A DNA stretch of 61,951 nucleotides, filler included, from Basidiobolus ranarum (lineage: Eukaryota): the NCBI GenBank assembly GCA_040143965.1. It is 7 parts of 7 records of this genome, joined end to end, with 100 filler letters (N's around TTAATTAATTAA, not from the genome) between each part and the next. Parts side by side here need not be neighbours in the genome. Positions count along the whole stretch, not along the records: positions 1 to 8,785 come from JASJQH010007796.1; positions 8,886 to 17,665 come from JASJQH010007797.1; 5 more parts are not named here. One strand, 5' to 3'. Positions 1 through 12,009 of this stretch are shown here, one piece after another. The notes under the pieces were generated by a model. The model was not told the origin of the DNA. It ran no database searches and saw nothing but the letters and a program-made list of their open reading frames with translations. The number at the start of each line of letters is the position of its first letter. Within the stretch, counting starts at the first letter, position 1. A program made the position numbers and the translations under genes.

Positions 1-296
1 AACATTACTTAGTTAAATATCACTTAGCTGAAAATTGGAACATATATTACATACATATGTGAATAATGTGAGAATTAGCAATTCCATATTGGAAATTTCA
101 AACTTGTCCAAATTGCCCCAAAGATAGCTTGTTTTACTTCCACAGATGTTCTGAGCACAACCCCAGTGTCAGTTTTCTATATTTCCACCAAAATGTATAA
201 ATGCTTTATTTGTGGACAATAAATAATTATCTCACCAAGCTATTCACAACTCCACTTTTCTAAAGTTCCTCCAAAGAGCCCATAGTTTCCCAATAA
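1..296 (+). mobile_element. Copia LTR fragment, subfamily B
   Basis: Reverse complement aligns block by block with 43574-43870 (e.g. cacagatgttctga, ccccagtgt, gtgaataatgtgagaattagcaat), which lies inside a TG..CA LTR preceded by a PPT and RNase H. Confidence 0.8.
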
Positions 297-789
297 TCCA
301 AGGGTTTTATATATAACTATAAGTTATTTCAATCCAGAAACAATCAATTATGACATAAAAGATATGTCAATATTGCATTTGAGTGTTTGAGGAAAATGTT
401 CAAAATAGCCTAATTTCTGGAATCAAAATTAATCTCCCATTGACATATTGATAATTATGGAGCATATACTTCAACACTGTTTAAGCACTTTTGCACACAT
501 CATGGAAATACACATGAAATCACCACTCCTTATTCTTCTTAATTTAATTGAGTTGCAGAAAGAGCTAGCACATTGCTCTGTATTAAATACACGTATTTAA
601 TGTCAAAACTCTTAATCTGGATCTGTGCCTACAGTTATATATCTGATAACTAGGAGCTTTACAAGAAGTTGGTGCAACTATACGTCAAGTCAAGCTTTGT
701 TAGGAGTTCAACCTGATGTCAATATTTGAAGATATTTAGTTGCATTACTTATGTCGGAATTGTGGTCAAATATTAGTCTGTACTTAATC

Positions 790-1600
790 AAGAAAGTAAG
801 AGAGGCTTATTTTTGGGCAATTTTACTCACACTAAGACCAAGAGAATCTATGATATCAGCATTGCAAAGTTAATCAAGTGCAGGGATGTTTTGTTTGATA
901 AAATGAAAAATATCTGATGGCTAAAAAAATCAATTTTTCACTGACCAATCCTTGAACTTGATTAAAACAAAAATAATGAAAAAAACAGTATTTCTGTGGA
1001 CCCTTGAACCAGAATTTAAGCTACTGTAGTAGCCAATATAATGCCAGAAGTCCTAGTACCATTTTCCTAAACCAAGATTTCAATTAAGATTTCTCCAATA
1101 TACTATATCAATGAGTCACAAATATGGGTGTATGCCTGTACAGCTCAAGTACAAGAGCCCCTGACTACACAAGAGACCCTGTATGGTCTCCAAAACAAGA
1201 TTTTGGAGATCAACAATGGCTGATAAGCTCAAGGCTTTGATTGAAAATCTACCTAAGATTTTGACAAACTACCTGGCCACAGAAATACAATGGATGCAAA
1301 TGTGTGCTTAAAGTTAAATAGTACTGAAATGGCTACATGAGATATACAAGGCTAGACTGGTGATTCCCAAGACTAGTTATAGATTTTATTAAGATATTTG
1401 CTCCTGGGGCAGAATTCAACCTGGTTGTATTAATTTTGGCCTTTTTGACTGATTTTCAGTTGCTATACATCAAATGAATACTAAAGCAGCTGTTTTCAAT
1501 TATCAACTTGCTGAGGAGATATATATACACCTAACAGATGGATTTGGAGACACAGCAAACTTTAAAAAGTGCTCCAAACTATGAATTCTAATATATCAAT
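790..1600 (+). mobile_element. Decayed Ty1/copia pol remnant (integrase C-terminus and RT N-terminus)
   Basis: Hand translation gives SKRGLFLGNFTHTKTKRIYDISIAKLIKCRDVLFD (copia IN C-terminal domain), RYKARLV-like and QMNTKAAVFNYQLAEEIYIHLTDGF (cf. QMDVKTAFLNG.L.EEIY..QP.GF), with many stops and frameshifts. Confidence 0.8.
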
Positions 1601-1812
1601 AGATAGCATGGCATGTATTGTTCCTAAATAGCTAAAGATTAGTTTATTCAGGCATGTAGAAATTTCATGGCAAATAATTCCAAATCCTGGTTTAGTTTGC
1701 ATATAGACTTTACAATGACCAAAGAACCTATTTCTTCGAAGCTAAAAATAAAGGGGTTTTATCAGGTGCCTCCTATGAGTAGCTCACACAGTCTATTGTA
1801 GTGCAGATCTGG

Positions 1813-2012
1813 TGTCACAATAAGGAGCTGGACAAGGACTGGAAGCAGAGACAAGAGGCTATGAAGCAGGAGGGTACTTAAGTGTAGACCTCAAGGCAAG
1901 ACAAGACAAGACTGGACAGGGAAGACACTTTAGCAAGAATGTTTATTGACAACTGGCATTTCTCAGACTGAGATCTGATCAAGGAAAACAGGGGACATAT
2001 GAAGATATTACA
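1813..2012 (-). mobile_element. Possible short solo LTR of a different family
   Basis: 200-nt segment reading TGTAATATC...TTGTGACA on the minus strand with an internal AATAAA. No TSD, PBS or second copy seen. Confidence 0.3.
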
Positions 2013-2139
2013 GGGTGAAACATAATATACTAAGTAAGGAATATACGGTAGCCAATTCAAGTGTTGTGGCCCTGGTCCTTTTTGAGGGGGGGGTGAAATA
2101 TACCACTTCAGCTCTTTGCCCCCTCCATACCAACTTGTA

Positions 2140-3165
2140 TTATGTTTTGGATTAATTTGAGAAGCAAAGGCAACTAAGCCAGGTTGTAACAATCCTTTTG
2201 GGCAGAGTTAACTTGTTCCTTAATAGTGATTATTTAATTAACCAAAGGCCTTGGAAAGCTCATAGCTGTTATACATTTTGAATTTGAAAGTAAACTGATC
2301 AAAATAACTATATACTTCATATCAGGCCTTTTTAACAGTTGGAATGAAAGTGTAATTTTTGCTTTAAATTGAGCCTCACTGGCCCCTCCTTGAAACAATA
2401 GAATAGGATGACTTAGGTTTGGTAAGTAAACTCTACTTGTTTAACTTACTATGTCTTACTCTTACTCCATTGACATTAGATCAGCAAGAAGCTTTAAAGC
2501 ATTATTCACAATTAGTAAATCCTGTTAGCCATCCATTGGGTAGACTAGGTAAGCTATTAGCTTTGATTGGCTCTGTTTTATCAAAGAAAATCTTACTATT
2601 TGTGTCTATTGACTGATATATTGTTAAGAAGTTGGAAACACTCTCCTTTTTAGCTGTTAAAACTATATTTTCATTAAATAGAGCAATTATTGTTTCAATC
2701 CCTTTTTATCTTGAATTATATAATGATAAGTAGTATTTCCTTGTTTAATCACTTTTCCAGATCCTAAAGTGTTTTTGAACTTGTTGAGTACTTGAATAGC
2801 TTTGTCACCTTGCTCCTAAAGGGACCATTATAACTAATGCCATATGCCCTCAAAGTAACTACAAATAATCCATTACCCTTAGCATATCCCTCTAACCAAG
2901 CTAAAAATTATACTGATGGAACATCTCTTGACTGATTGAAGTACTCATGGTATTTCTCCTTAGAGAATGAAAAATCAAAAGTTGCTTCCCCATACTTGTT
3001 ACCAAAGTTATTTTGAATCTCATCACAGAGAGGGGGAAATTCTTTCCTACTCAAGACTCCCCCTTTAGCCAGGATGATACCTTTGAGTGCACCAAGTAAC
3101 CTTTCTTGGTAGGGAACATCCTTTGGAAGGAGGGCTTGTAATACTAAAGAGTAACCCAAACACAA
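2140..3165 (-). pseudogene. Decayed double-motif LAGLIDADG homing endonuclease (mitochondrial intron type, probable NUMT)
   Basis: Hand translation across stops and frameshifts: FDFSFSKEKYHEYF..PSV*FLAWLEGYAKGNGLFVV (motif 1), IQVLNKFKNTLGSGKVIKQGNTTYHYIIQDKKGL/ETIIALFNENIVL, LPSLPNGWLTGFTNCE*CF (motif 2), LPNLSHPILLFQGG, VYSYFDQFTFK, ASQINPK. Confidence 0.85.
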
Positions 3166-3249
3166 TAAGACAATAGTTATTGCAAGAAAATGGTTACAAT
3201 TTTAATCCATTTTGAATAAAACATTTACTTACATCAAAAAATTGTCAAG

Positions 3250-4290
3250 TAAGATTTGATTTTATTCAACTTTCCAGTTGGTACATCCTTAAAAGTATAC
3301 ACTATCTCTTCAGAAGCTCCAGTTAAATTGACTTGAACCATACCCATTCCAATGACATCAAGTGTGTGCTTGTTCCCTGAAAACCCTTTCTAATAGGGAT
3401 TTCTATATAATACACAAACCAAGGATTTTCATTTGTGAAATGTTGGGAGGCTCTAGAATCAATATACATATCTGATAAAACTTGTTGGTGGTCCAAGATA
3501 GAGCAGATATTAACAAGTGATCTTCTGTTGTAACCACATTTCCAGATTCAGTATACTTTCTTCTTTTGCATTTCTTTGAAAGTAATATTTACTAAAATGG
3601 CGAGTTCTTTGACAACAATCACAGAATATGTTACTTTTCTTCTTAAAGTGCATTTGACCTGAATAAGATGGTTTCCCATAACCTATTAATGCATTTTTTC
3701 ATACTTTTAGTTGAAACCCTACTTTGGTAAATCTTCATCCCAAAGTCTGCCAAATATATAATTTAAGATCAAATTTTCAGTTCTTGATGTTAGGCTTTGA
3801 CACTAGTGTGGCAGGCTTTTAAGGACTATAACTATGATATCTTGATCAGAAGTAGGTACTCCAATGCATTCCAGTTCATCCCCTCAAATAGTTACTTTAT
3901 AAATTAGTGATTTAATGTCTTCTCATGGCTTCATCTTAAAGTTAAAGAATTTCCTTCTAAGAAATATCTTGTTGGCAGCAGAACATGTTTTGTGGGTGTC
4001 TTCTAAGGCTTTCCATACATTCATGGCTGTTTTAGCTCTTGAGCAATGAATTAGCAATTTGTCATTAATGTTCAGAAAAGTTGTGTTATAGTCAGTTTGC
4101 TCTTGTTTAACCTGGAGTTAAACTTGGGCTTCAGCTGGTCTTGCATAGTTTTCTTCTCTTACAATGGTGTCCCAAAGTTCTTTTTCTTGCAGCATTATTT
4201 TCATATTAATTTTCCTAACTCTGTAATTGCTTCCATGCAACTTTTAAGAAGAGGTAAAAGATCCATAAATGTGAGAAGTAGACGTTACAG
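3250..4290 (-). mobile_element. Decayed copia gag-protease region
   Basis: SAANKIFLRRKFFNFKM (copia gag), degenerate zinc knuckle FCDCCQRTRHFSKY, protease motif YIDSRASQHFT. Homologous to 44358-44721. Confidence 0.85.
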
Positions 4291-4303
4291 AGAGTGCAAG
4301 CTT

Positions 4304-4315
4304 GGGGCTCATACC
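4304..4315 (-). promoter_or_regulatory. Primer binding site, half-tRNA-iMet type
   Basis: GGTATGAGCCCC directly follows the LTR end; it matches the Ty5/copia-type PBS GGTTATGAGCCC with one deletion. Confidence 0.75.
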
Positions 4316-4662
4316 TGTTAGAGAATTTGGGAGCCTTTTAGAAGCATTTTCAAGAATTAGAGAAATTGGTGGTTTTCACTTTTTAATTGATTGAGTTGTG
4401 AGTTTACATACGTAGTTTTGTCAAGAAGTATACCCTCTAGCATTTAGAATGTGTTAAGCAATGTCCCAGGAACATGTGTGCAAATTTTAGGGCTTCTAGC
4501 CAAGTGTAAAAATATCTATTTATTGGAGAACTTACAAGTTAGTAAAAATATTTTGAGTATATTCCAATTGGGAGTAATGAAAAATATCTTAGTAAAGTAT
4601 AAGTAACTAAGTATTAAGCTATATATGACTATATTGGTGTTTAGGTAAATCTAACTTCAACA
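4316..4662 (-). mobile_element. Copia LTR, subfamily A (347 nt)
   Basis: TGTTGAAG...TAACA on the minus strand, with a PPT on one side and a PBS on the other. Similar to copies at 11013, 11636, 44753 and 60941. Confidence 0.9.
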
Positions 4663-5350
4663 CTCTCCCTCAACTAAAAAGTGATAGAAACAAATCCTGA
4701 GGAAGATCTAAAATTCTCAAATTTTTGTCTAGCTGATGATTGAGTTAATATGTTAGCAATCATGTCTTCAATAGAGCAATAAGGTAAGTCAATAAACTGA
4801 TTCTCTATAGCCTTGCTAAAGAAGAAATGTCTGATATCTATATGTTTGCTGCTAATATGAAATATGGGCTTTGTGGTTAATTTGATACAACTTTGATTAT
4901 CTGGAAATACTGTTGTTGTCTCATTTTGAAAATAATCCTAACCTGTTGATAGCTTTTTCAACCATATTGCTGCTTTTGTTGGTTGCAGGGAGCCATTTAT
5001 TTTGCTTCTGTTGTTGACAGTGCTAAGATAGGTTGTTTGTTTGAATAGCAAGAAATAACTCCATTACAGCATAGAAATAAGTAACCTGTTGCGGATATCC
5101 TGTATTCAATATCTCTTCCCCAATTTACATCTGAATGTACCATCAAATCAACATTTGATCCTGCATACTTATACTTTAAGCACAGATCTACAGTGCCTTT
5201 CCAATATCTGAAAATCTATTCAACTGCTATAATTTGAACAGATCCATAATTTTGAATATATAGACACATAATTCCCACAGAATATGCAATATCTGGCTAT
5301 TTTCCAAACACAATATACATCTAACTGTCAACCATAGAGTGAAGTACAGC
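4663..5350 (-). mobile_element. Decayed copia RT C-terminus, RNase H and polypurine tract
   Basis: PDIAYSVG, HSDVNWGRD, ALSTTEA, DNQSCIKL, KHIDIRHFF, DMIANILT; PPT AGTTGAGGGAGAG abuts the LTR. Confidence 0.9.
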
Positions 5351-5651
5351 ATTCTGAAGGTCTTGTATCAATATTGAGTGAATCTTTAACTGTTGACTAG
5401 TTGCTTCAAATGCTGCATTAATTGCAATATTGCGGCATTATTACTTATCATAGCCTGTATAGCAACTTTGTAGTTTTTACTTACAATTGCATACAAATCA
5501 TAATGGTGTTCTGCCTGTGATTCCCTTATTGAAATAATTTATCCCAATTTTCTGCAGAGGGTTGTTCAGTTGTGGCCAATGTAGCCATTTTGGAAGTTCA
5601 TGGTCTTGATGGTGTTTTGGTTGAACTTTGCTCAACTATTGATTTACTATA

Positions 5652-5900
5652 TTATTGAGGAATTACAATCTCTTCACTCACACTATTGCTGGAAAGGAAC
5701 ACATCAAGTAAATTGATTACTGCTTGATCATTACTTGGGGTTGTTTCTGGCATGTTCATGCTTTCCAAAGTGGAAAGTGGATTGCTAGACTGCTCATCAA
5801 TTAAGTCCTGTGTTTTTGCTGGTTTTTTTCCTTTTGTGACAGCAGGCTTTGGCTTGGAAGCCAATTTTGTTTTAGATTTTAAACGCTTTTTGAATGGCAT
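5652..5900 (-). other. Basic low-complexity ORF fragment, possibly a second gene of the CMC/EnSpm-like element
   Basis: 82-aa Lys-rich ORF oriented away from the transposase remnant in CpG-poor DNA; no recognisable domain. Confidence 0.3.
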
Positions 5901-6359
5901 TGAAATTTTTGGATTGTAAGCTTTGCGTAATGAAATTGCTTAGAGACAGCTTATAATAAACCAAAATTGCCATCTATTACCACAAATATCTTCTAAATCC
6001 CCTGATAACTCACCTATAACACCATCTGATAATCAGGTGATAATATTGAAGGGCTATACCTAAAATACCATCCTTACATAGGAGGTGTTCTTTATTCCAC
6101 AATATCTTTCTCATGCCACAACACAAATGTTTACAGAAGCCCTACTATCATTGTCACAACTTCTGGTGCTATAAAAGCCAGAGGCTTCATAGAAAAAATA
6201 ATCACCAGCACAGTCACTGTACAAAGCCACCACTTGCATAAAGCCATGTGAATATCAGCAGTAATAAGTGCACAAAATCCACTTTTGTTGTGCCCACTGA
6301 GTCTACTGACTGTACTTTGCCCCAAAGTTTATGTAACACTGCCAAAAGTCAAGATACCA

Positions 6360-8290
6360 TGGAGTTACCACAGTTATATGACCTGAATGATGTAGATGGA
6401 ATTGCAACTTTAGTCAAACCAGCAAATCCAGACAACTTTGAGCACTAGCTGATAGATGTGACCTTGGTTGTTCCCATACTGATGGTAGTATATCAGAAGT
6501 TGAAGAAGAAGACAACAGTTTTGTTACAGACCCTTTGTTATTAGCAAGCATAAGTCCTCTCATAACATTTGCAGTACAGGAAGCAGCTTTGATCATTGAG
6601 GAGTGGAGAGTTCAATCCAATCTTGGCAACCAGGTGTTTATTGGCTTTCTTACACTTGTCACACACTTGATTGGCAACTGTTGCTGCCACCAACCTGGTA
6701 CAAGTGGAAAACACTTGTCAATAGTATGACTTAAATCCTTCCATAATTAAACTACCTTCATGTCCAAATGGTTGCATGGCTTTCACTGGTGATCTGAAAA
6801 ACCTGAAGTCATGTACTGTTTGCACCCTGTTGGCAATCACTGAATCAGTAAATGTTGTTCATATTTGGCTTACATACTGTCAAATCCCTCTCTTAATGTT
6901 TTGATGATATCACCTAAATATGGATCATTAATCCAATACCAAGGTAGGCACCATAAAGCTGATGGTATTACTAATCTATTAGATGGATATCACTACCAGA
7001 ATCTTAAAAGTCAAGGTTTTGTTGAGGACATGTATGATCATGCAGTTGCATTGGCTCTGGATAATTTCTCACTACACAAATATACAATTGGAAAGGTTTG
7101 CTGGCCAATAATTTTAATTAACTTTAATCTTCCTGCTTCTGAATGGTTCAAGAGTCATAATATTTTGATACTCCCCATCTTATCATGACCTAAGTCATCA
7201 GTGTTCATAGATAGCTTCTTGGATCCTTTGATTGCAGAATTTGAACAATCATATAATAAGATTCAGATGGGTGAATATTTTTTTACCACTAATATCATTG
7301 TATGTATTGGTGACACTCCAGCCATCAGCAAACTTTGAGGTTTTTGCAGGCACATTGCACTATCTGGCTGAAGATTTTGTCAAATCAGTGGAGTCTACTC
7401 TATTAGGCATACAACTTACTACTATCCAAATACAAAACTCCACAATTTTAGCATCAAGAGCCCAGTCAGATTTCAACATGATCACTGATATAAATTCACC
7501 ATATAGTTGGCCTAACATCAAACTTGGTATTTACAGTAAGCCTAAGATTATATTTGTAAAAGGGAACAGCTGGAGCCAGAGTTTCCCATTAGGCACTATG
7601 CACTTACTATTCCACAACATTCCAATACTACTTCCTCAGCTATATAGTGGAAAATTCAATATGAATGAACCATTCAAGATAAGATCAATGTTTGAATCAA
7701 TTGGGAAAATGCTTGAAAATGTGAAGATACCATCATATTTTACCAGGACTCCCATTATTATCCACTGATCTAGGCATTTATTCAAATGCAAAGACTGGAA
7801 GTATTGAATTTGCATGTATTCAAGTGGAATCTTGAAAGATTTCTGCCTGATAAGTATTGGCAACATTGGTAGTTGTTTGTGGATATTGCTGATATATTCT
7901 TACAGCATCAACTCACATTGGCAGATCTCAGGCAGATACAGCAACTGTGTGAAGGTTTTATAATTGGATATGAAAAACTTAAGTACAGGTTTAAAGAAGA
8001 TAGACTGAATCTATGCCAATATTCAATACATTCCCTGCTGCATCTTTCACAATGCTTTGAGATTCTAGGCCCTTGCTATACATTCTGGGAGTTCCCAATA
8101 GAGGACACCTGTGGTGAAATGATGCTCCATGTGAAATTGTTGGTACTACCATATGCTAATCTGATTAACAATGTATCAGCTAAATCAGTAATGGATGTAA
8201 TGCAATGGGTTAAGGAGACTCCAGAGTATATTAACCTGCCAACCAAGGGCCTTTTCAATGTGCTCACAGGTTTTCACATTGTTTGAGCAC
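6360..8290 (+). pseudogene. CMC/EnSpm (CACTA) Tnp2-like transposase pseudogene
   Basis: ALALDNFSLH..CWPIILINFNLPASEWFKSHNILILPILS*PKSSVFIDSFLDPLIAE, CIGDTPAISKL, TMHLLFHN, HSLLHLSQCFEILGPCYTFWEFPIEDTCG: Transposase_21 and DUF4218-like motifs in the expected order, broken by stops and frameshifts. Confidence 0.85.
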
Positions 8291-8427
8291 AATAACAGCA
8301 ACAAAGCCCAATCCATGGACACAGAGTAAGTACCTCTATAATCAAACTAATTTGCTTGTGTGATAATCTGATGGTATTTGTAGGAAAGCTGCAAGACAGA
8401 CTCCTTGGTGAGATAGATCAAGAAATG

Positions 8428-8785
8428 CAGTATTATTTTTTTTGCTTTGGGATAATCTATTCATGCAATTACACATCTACTGGTGGAAGGACATTTGTTC
8501 ACTGCAAGTTGGGGATATGTTGGCTGAATTCTTTATGGAGCTTTGCCAAAATCCAAGAGCTTATTCTCATTACAAATGGTAACAAGAGTCAGCTACTAGT
8601 TAGATCAAGATACACAGTATTATCATTTTAGCCATGGTGTAATCTATTCAAGCAATGACACATCTACTTGTGGAAGGACATTTGTTGACTGCAAGTTGGG
8701 GATATATTGGCTGAATTCTTTATGGAAATTTGCCAAAATCCAAGAGCTTATTCTCATTGTGAATGGTAACAAGAGTCAGCTATTT
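8428..8785. repeat. Diverged tandem duplication, period about 187 nt
   Basis: 8454-8595 and 8641-8782 are near-identical (aatctattca..cacatctact..gttggggatat..tttgccaaaatccaagagcttattctcatt..aacaagagtcagcta). Confidence 0.9.
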
Positions 8786-8885
8786 NNNNNNNNNNNNNNN
8801 NNNNNNNNNNNNNNNNNNNNNNNNNNNNNTTAATTAATTAANNNNNNNNNNNNNNNNNNNNNNNNNNNNNNNNNNNNNNNNNNNN
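8786..8885. other. Artificial contig spacer
   Basis: 100 nt: N run, TTAATTAATTAA (stops in all six frames), N run. Confidence 0.98.
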
Positions 8886-10901
8886 AATCCGCGTTCATTC
8901 TCCGAAATCCACTAGCATCAAATCAGTAGTAAGGTATTTCATCAAAACAGCCTATTAGTCTACTGACCAGCCTTATCAGAAATCCATCGTTTGTGGTATA
9001 AAATTCTATCGGTGGATATCATCAGATGTTGATTCAAGATTGATCCATAATTGAGGTAACCTAGCCCGCCAGGTACCTCAGTTTTACATAATTACATCCG
9101 AATTCAATCTGAAAAGATGGAACCGAACTACTACCCCACCAGAACTGAGTTCTGATCCTGGACTTTAAATCAACCCCGGTCATTAGCTTGGGCCTTTTAG
9201 TAAGCATTTGCGTGATATCCGGATACCGTCTAAAACAAATTCCGGATATGATTCAGCCAAATCCGGAGAAAAGGTTGGAATACAGATGGATCAACCTCAG
9301 TTCCAGACACGAGCTTCAAAGTTACATAAGAATTTTTTTTGACGGGAAATACTGGTCAAGAAATATTCTTGAAGTTTCTCCATCAGAACCAAATACAAAT
9401 CGGCCTTTAGTTCTCCCTCAAGAAATGAGATTGGGTTAGGGCAGTTACCCCGTAAAATATTCATATTGTCTAATGAGATTCACTTTATATGTTAACCAGT
9501 TATGATAGGGTCTAAGTATAGTAATTTTGGTAAAACTAACCAAGATCTCACTCCGATGTTTCTGACACCGATAAAGAGAATTAGTAATGTCCAGAACGAT
9601 CGAAGAGAAATAAAGTATCAAAGTTACAGAATAGAAAGGCTCTATTTAGGATAACTGATATATGTAGAAATTATGTCATATGTGTTTACCTGGATAGACT
9701 TGCGAACTTGGATATGCTCCTATGCGTTTACTATCTGTATCAGAAGTATTAACATATTATCTCCATATATCATATAGATTATTTAGTGTCTATTACTATT
9801 TTATACATCAATGATATGTGCTTAGGATTAAGTGAAGCAACATATGTTATAGGTAAGGTGGAATAATGGCACACTCATATGCGCGATATAGTTTTTCTTA
9901 TCTATGGGATTAAAAAAGCTGTTTATATGATTGATATGCTAAATGGCACTAGATTAACCAGTGAATGCCAAAAAAGCACCGGACTGAAATGGTGATATTT
10001 TGGGTAATTTGATCACTTTCCATCATCTGGAAGATTATGCTAATCTGTATCAATCTTTTCTAGCTAGGTACCCAATGAGATAGTTGGCGTGGCTACAATG
10101 TTTTATGAATCACTGACACAATATTGTCAGTGTTTACTGTAATAATCCAAATAAATTACACCATTGACAACGCATATATCAATATCCAAATATACTCAGA
10201 TATTTTAGATGAATGCAAGTTCTGTATGTAAAACAAACAAAAAGTGCTTTGTGCGCTATCATATACATGTATATTCAAGTGTGTTATCTTGCTTTATGAA
10301 ATACATATATTTCCAACTCTTCATGCCTTTACTTTAGTGTGATAATTATTTAAGTGGATATTCATGGATTTTAAGTCAATGCTTTGACTGTTTCAATATA
10401 CAATCGCATCTTAATATACCAATTAAGAGCGTTGTTATACAGTGAATCGGAAGTGTTTACCAAGAAGAATCATACAATTGACATATCAAGTTTGAAATAA
10501 AAATTTATTTCAAAGTAGGGAATGAGAATCAAGTATTTGGCCCTAAGAAAGTTGGAAGCAAAGTTCGAACAACACTGGGCCAGTCTTTTTGCATGATACT
10601 TGTGATAGATATTACACCTCTGACTAATGAAATGTTTAGGATATCATGCAAATGCGTATTTATATGTAGGATTGCAACCCAAGAATAGATGGAAGGAGGT
10701 ATTTTCTTGTTCTGTAGAACCTGCAGGTGTCAATCCAATAAGTAGTTAAAGGCAAGTTTGTATATATCCACACTTAACGTGCTAAATCATGAAGGTTCAG
10801 AAGTTACCAAGGTAAATAACCAGGTATAAATCAATCAGTACATCTGAAATATATGAAAATCCTTCTTTGCTTTATCGGATAGGAAGGTTAATGCACATAT
10901 C

Positions 10902-10990
10902 TGTTGAAGTTTATTACCTTTGTCATATTCTTATGCCTGCACCTAACTATTTTATATATCACATTTAAGTAACACTATTTAGTCAAATAT
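10902..10990 (+). mobile_element. 5' fragment of subfamily B copia LTR
   Basis: TGTTGAAGTTTATT...CACCTAACTATTT.ATATATCACAT...TTAGTCAAATAT matches the reverse complement of about 43848-43950. Confidence 0.75.
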
Positions 10991-11012
10991 TGTTTTGTTC
11001 AATAGTTGGTTC

Positions 11013-11360
11013 TGTTGAAATTAGCATAGCCTAAACACCCATAAAGTCATATATAGCTTAGTATTTTGTTATTACATATTGAACTAAGATATCACTCGTT
11101 ATTCTCAGGAGGAATTTACTTAGAATATTGACACTAACTTGGAAGTTCTGAGATATATAGATTTTGATAACTTGTGCTATAAGCCCCAAGCTTTGAAAAC
11201 TAGTTCCTGAGATCTTCCTCAACACATTCAACAGGTTAGTTTGCTTACATCTTGACAAAAGTATAAATGTCAACTTTCTAATCAATGAATCAATAAGTGA
11301 AAACCACCAATTTCTCTGATTTGAAAAGCCACTTCCAACAGGATCCCAAATACTTTAACT
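11013..11360 (+). mobile_element. Copia LTR, subfamily A
   Basis: TGTTGAAATTAGCA...CCCAAATACTTTAAC; full-length similarity to 60941-61268; no clear TSD. Confidence 0.9.
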
Positions 11361-11635
11361 TTTACCTCCCTCCACGGATATTTTGAACCCAAATCTATTG
11401 TTTGTTTTCCATATTTTGACCAAAAGGTATAAGTACCATATCTCCGGTCAATTAATCAGTATCACTCAAGATCATAATATAATCATTTCTCAAATACTCT
11501 TTCCAAACATCTCAAATTCTTCCAGCAGCATTCAGAATATAGTGGCTGTAAACTTTTTAACATTCAGAGTTACATTCATTCATTAAAATAAAGAAATAAG
11601 TAACATATTAGTATAATTTCTATGAGTGCATTTAA

Positions 11636-11981
11636 TGTTCAAGTATTTGGGAGCCTGTTGGAAGTGGTTTGGAGAACCAGAGAAATTGGTGGCTTTCACT
11701 TATTGATTTATTGAGTAGAGAGTTGACATTTATACTTTTGTCAAGATGTAAGCAAACCAAAGTGTAGAATGTGCTAAGGAAGATCCCAGGAACATGTGTG
11801 CAAAGCTTGGGGCTTCTAGCACAAGTTTAAAAAATCTATATATCTGAGAACTTTTAATTGGTAAAAATATTCCAAGTAAATTCCGATTGTGAATAGTGGA
11901 TGATATCTTAGTGAGATATAGAGAACTAAATAATAAGCTATATATGACTATATAGGTGTTTAGGCAGTGCTAATTTCAACA
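11636..11981 (-). mobile_element. Copia LTR, subfamily A, inverted relative to its neighbour
   Basis: TGTTGAAATTAGCACTGCC...CCCAAATACTTGAACA on the minus strand. Confidence 0.9.
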
Positions 11982-12009
11982 GCTAAAGCTATAAAAATAA
12001 CTTCCATTG

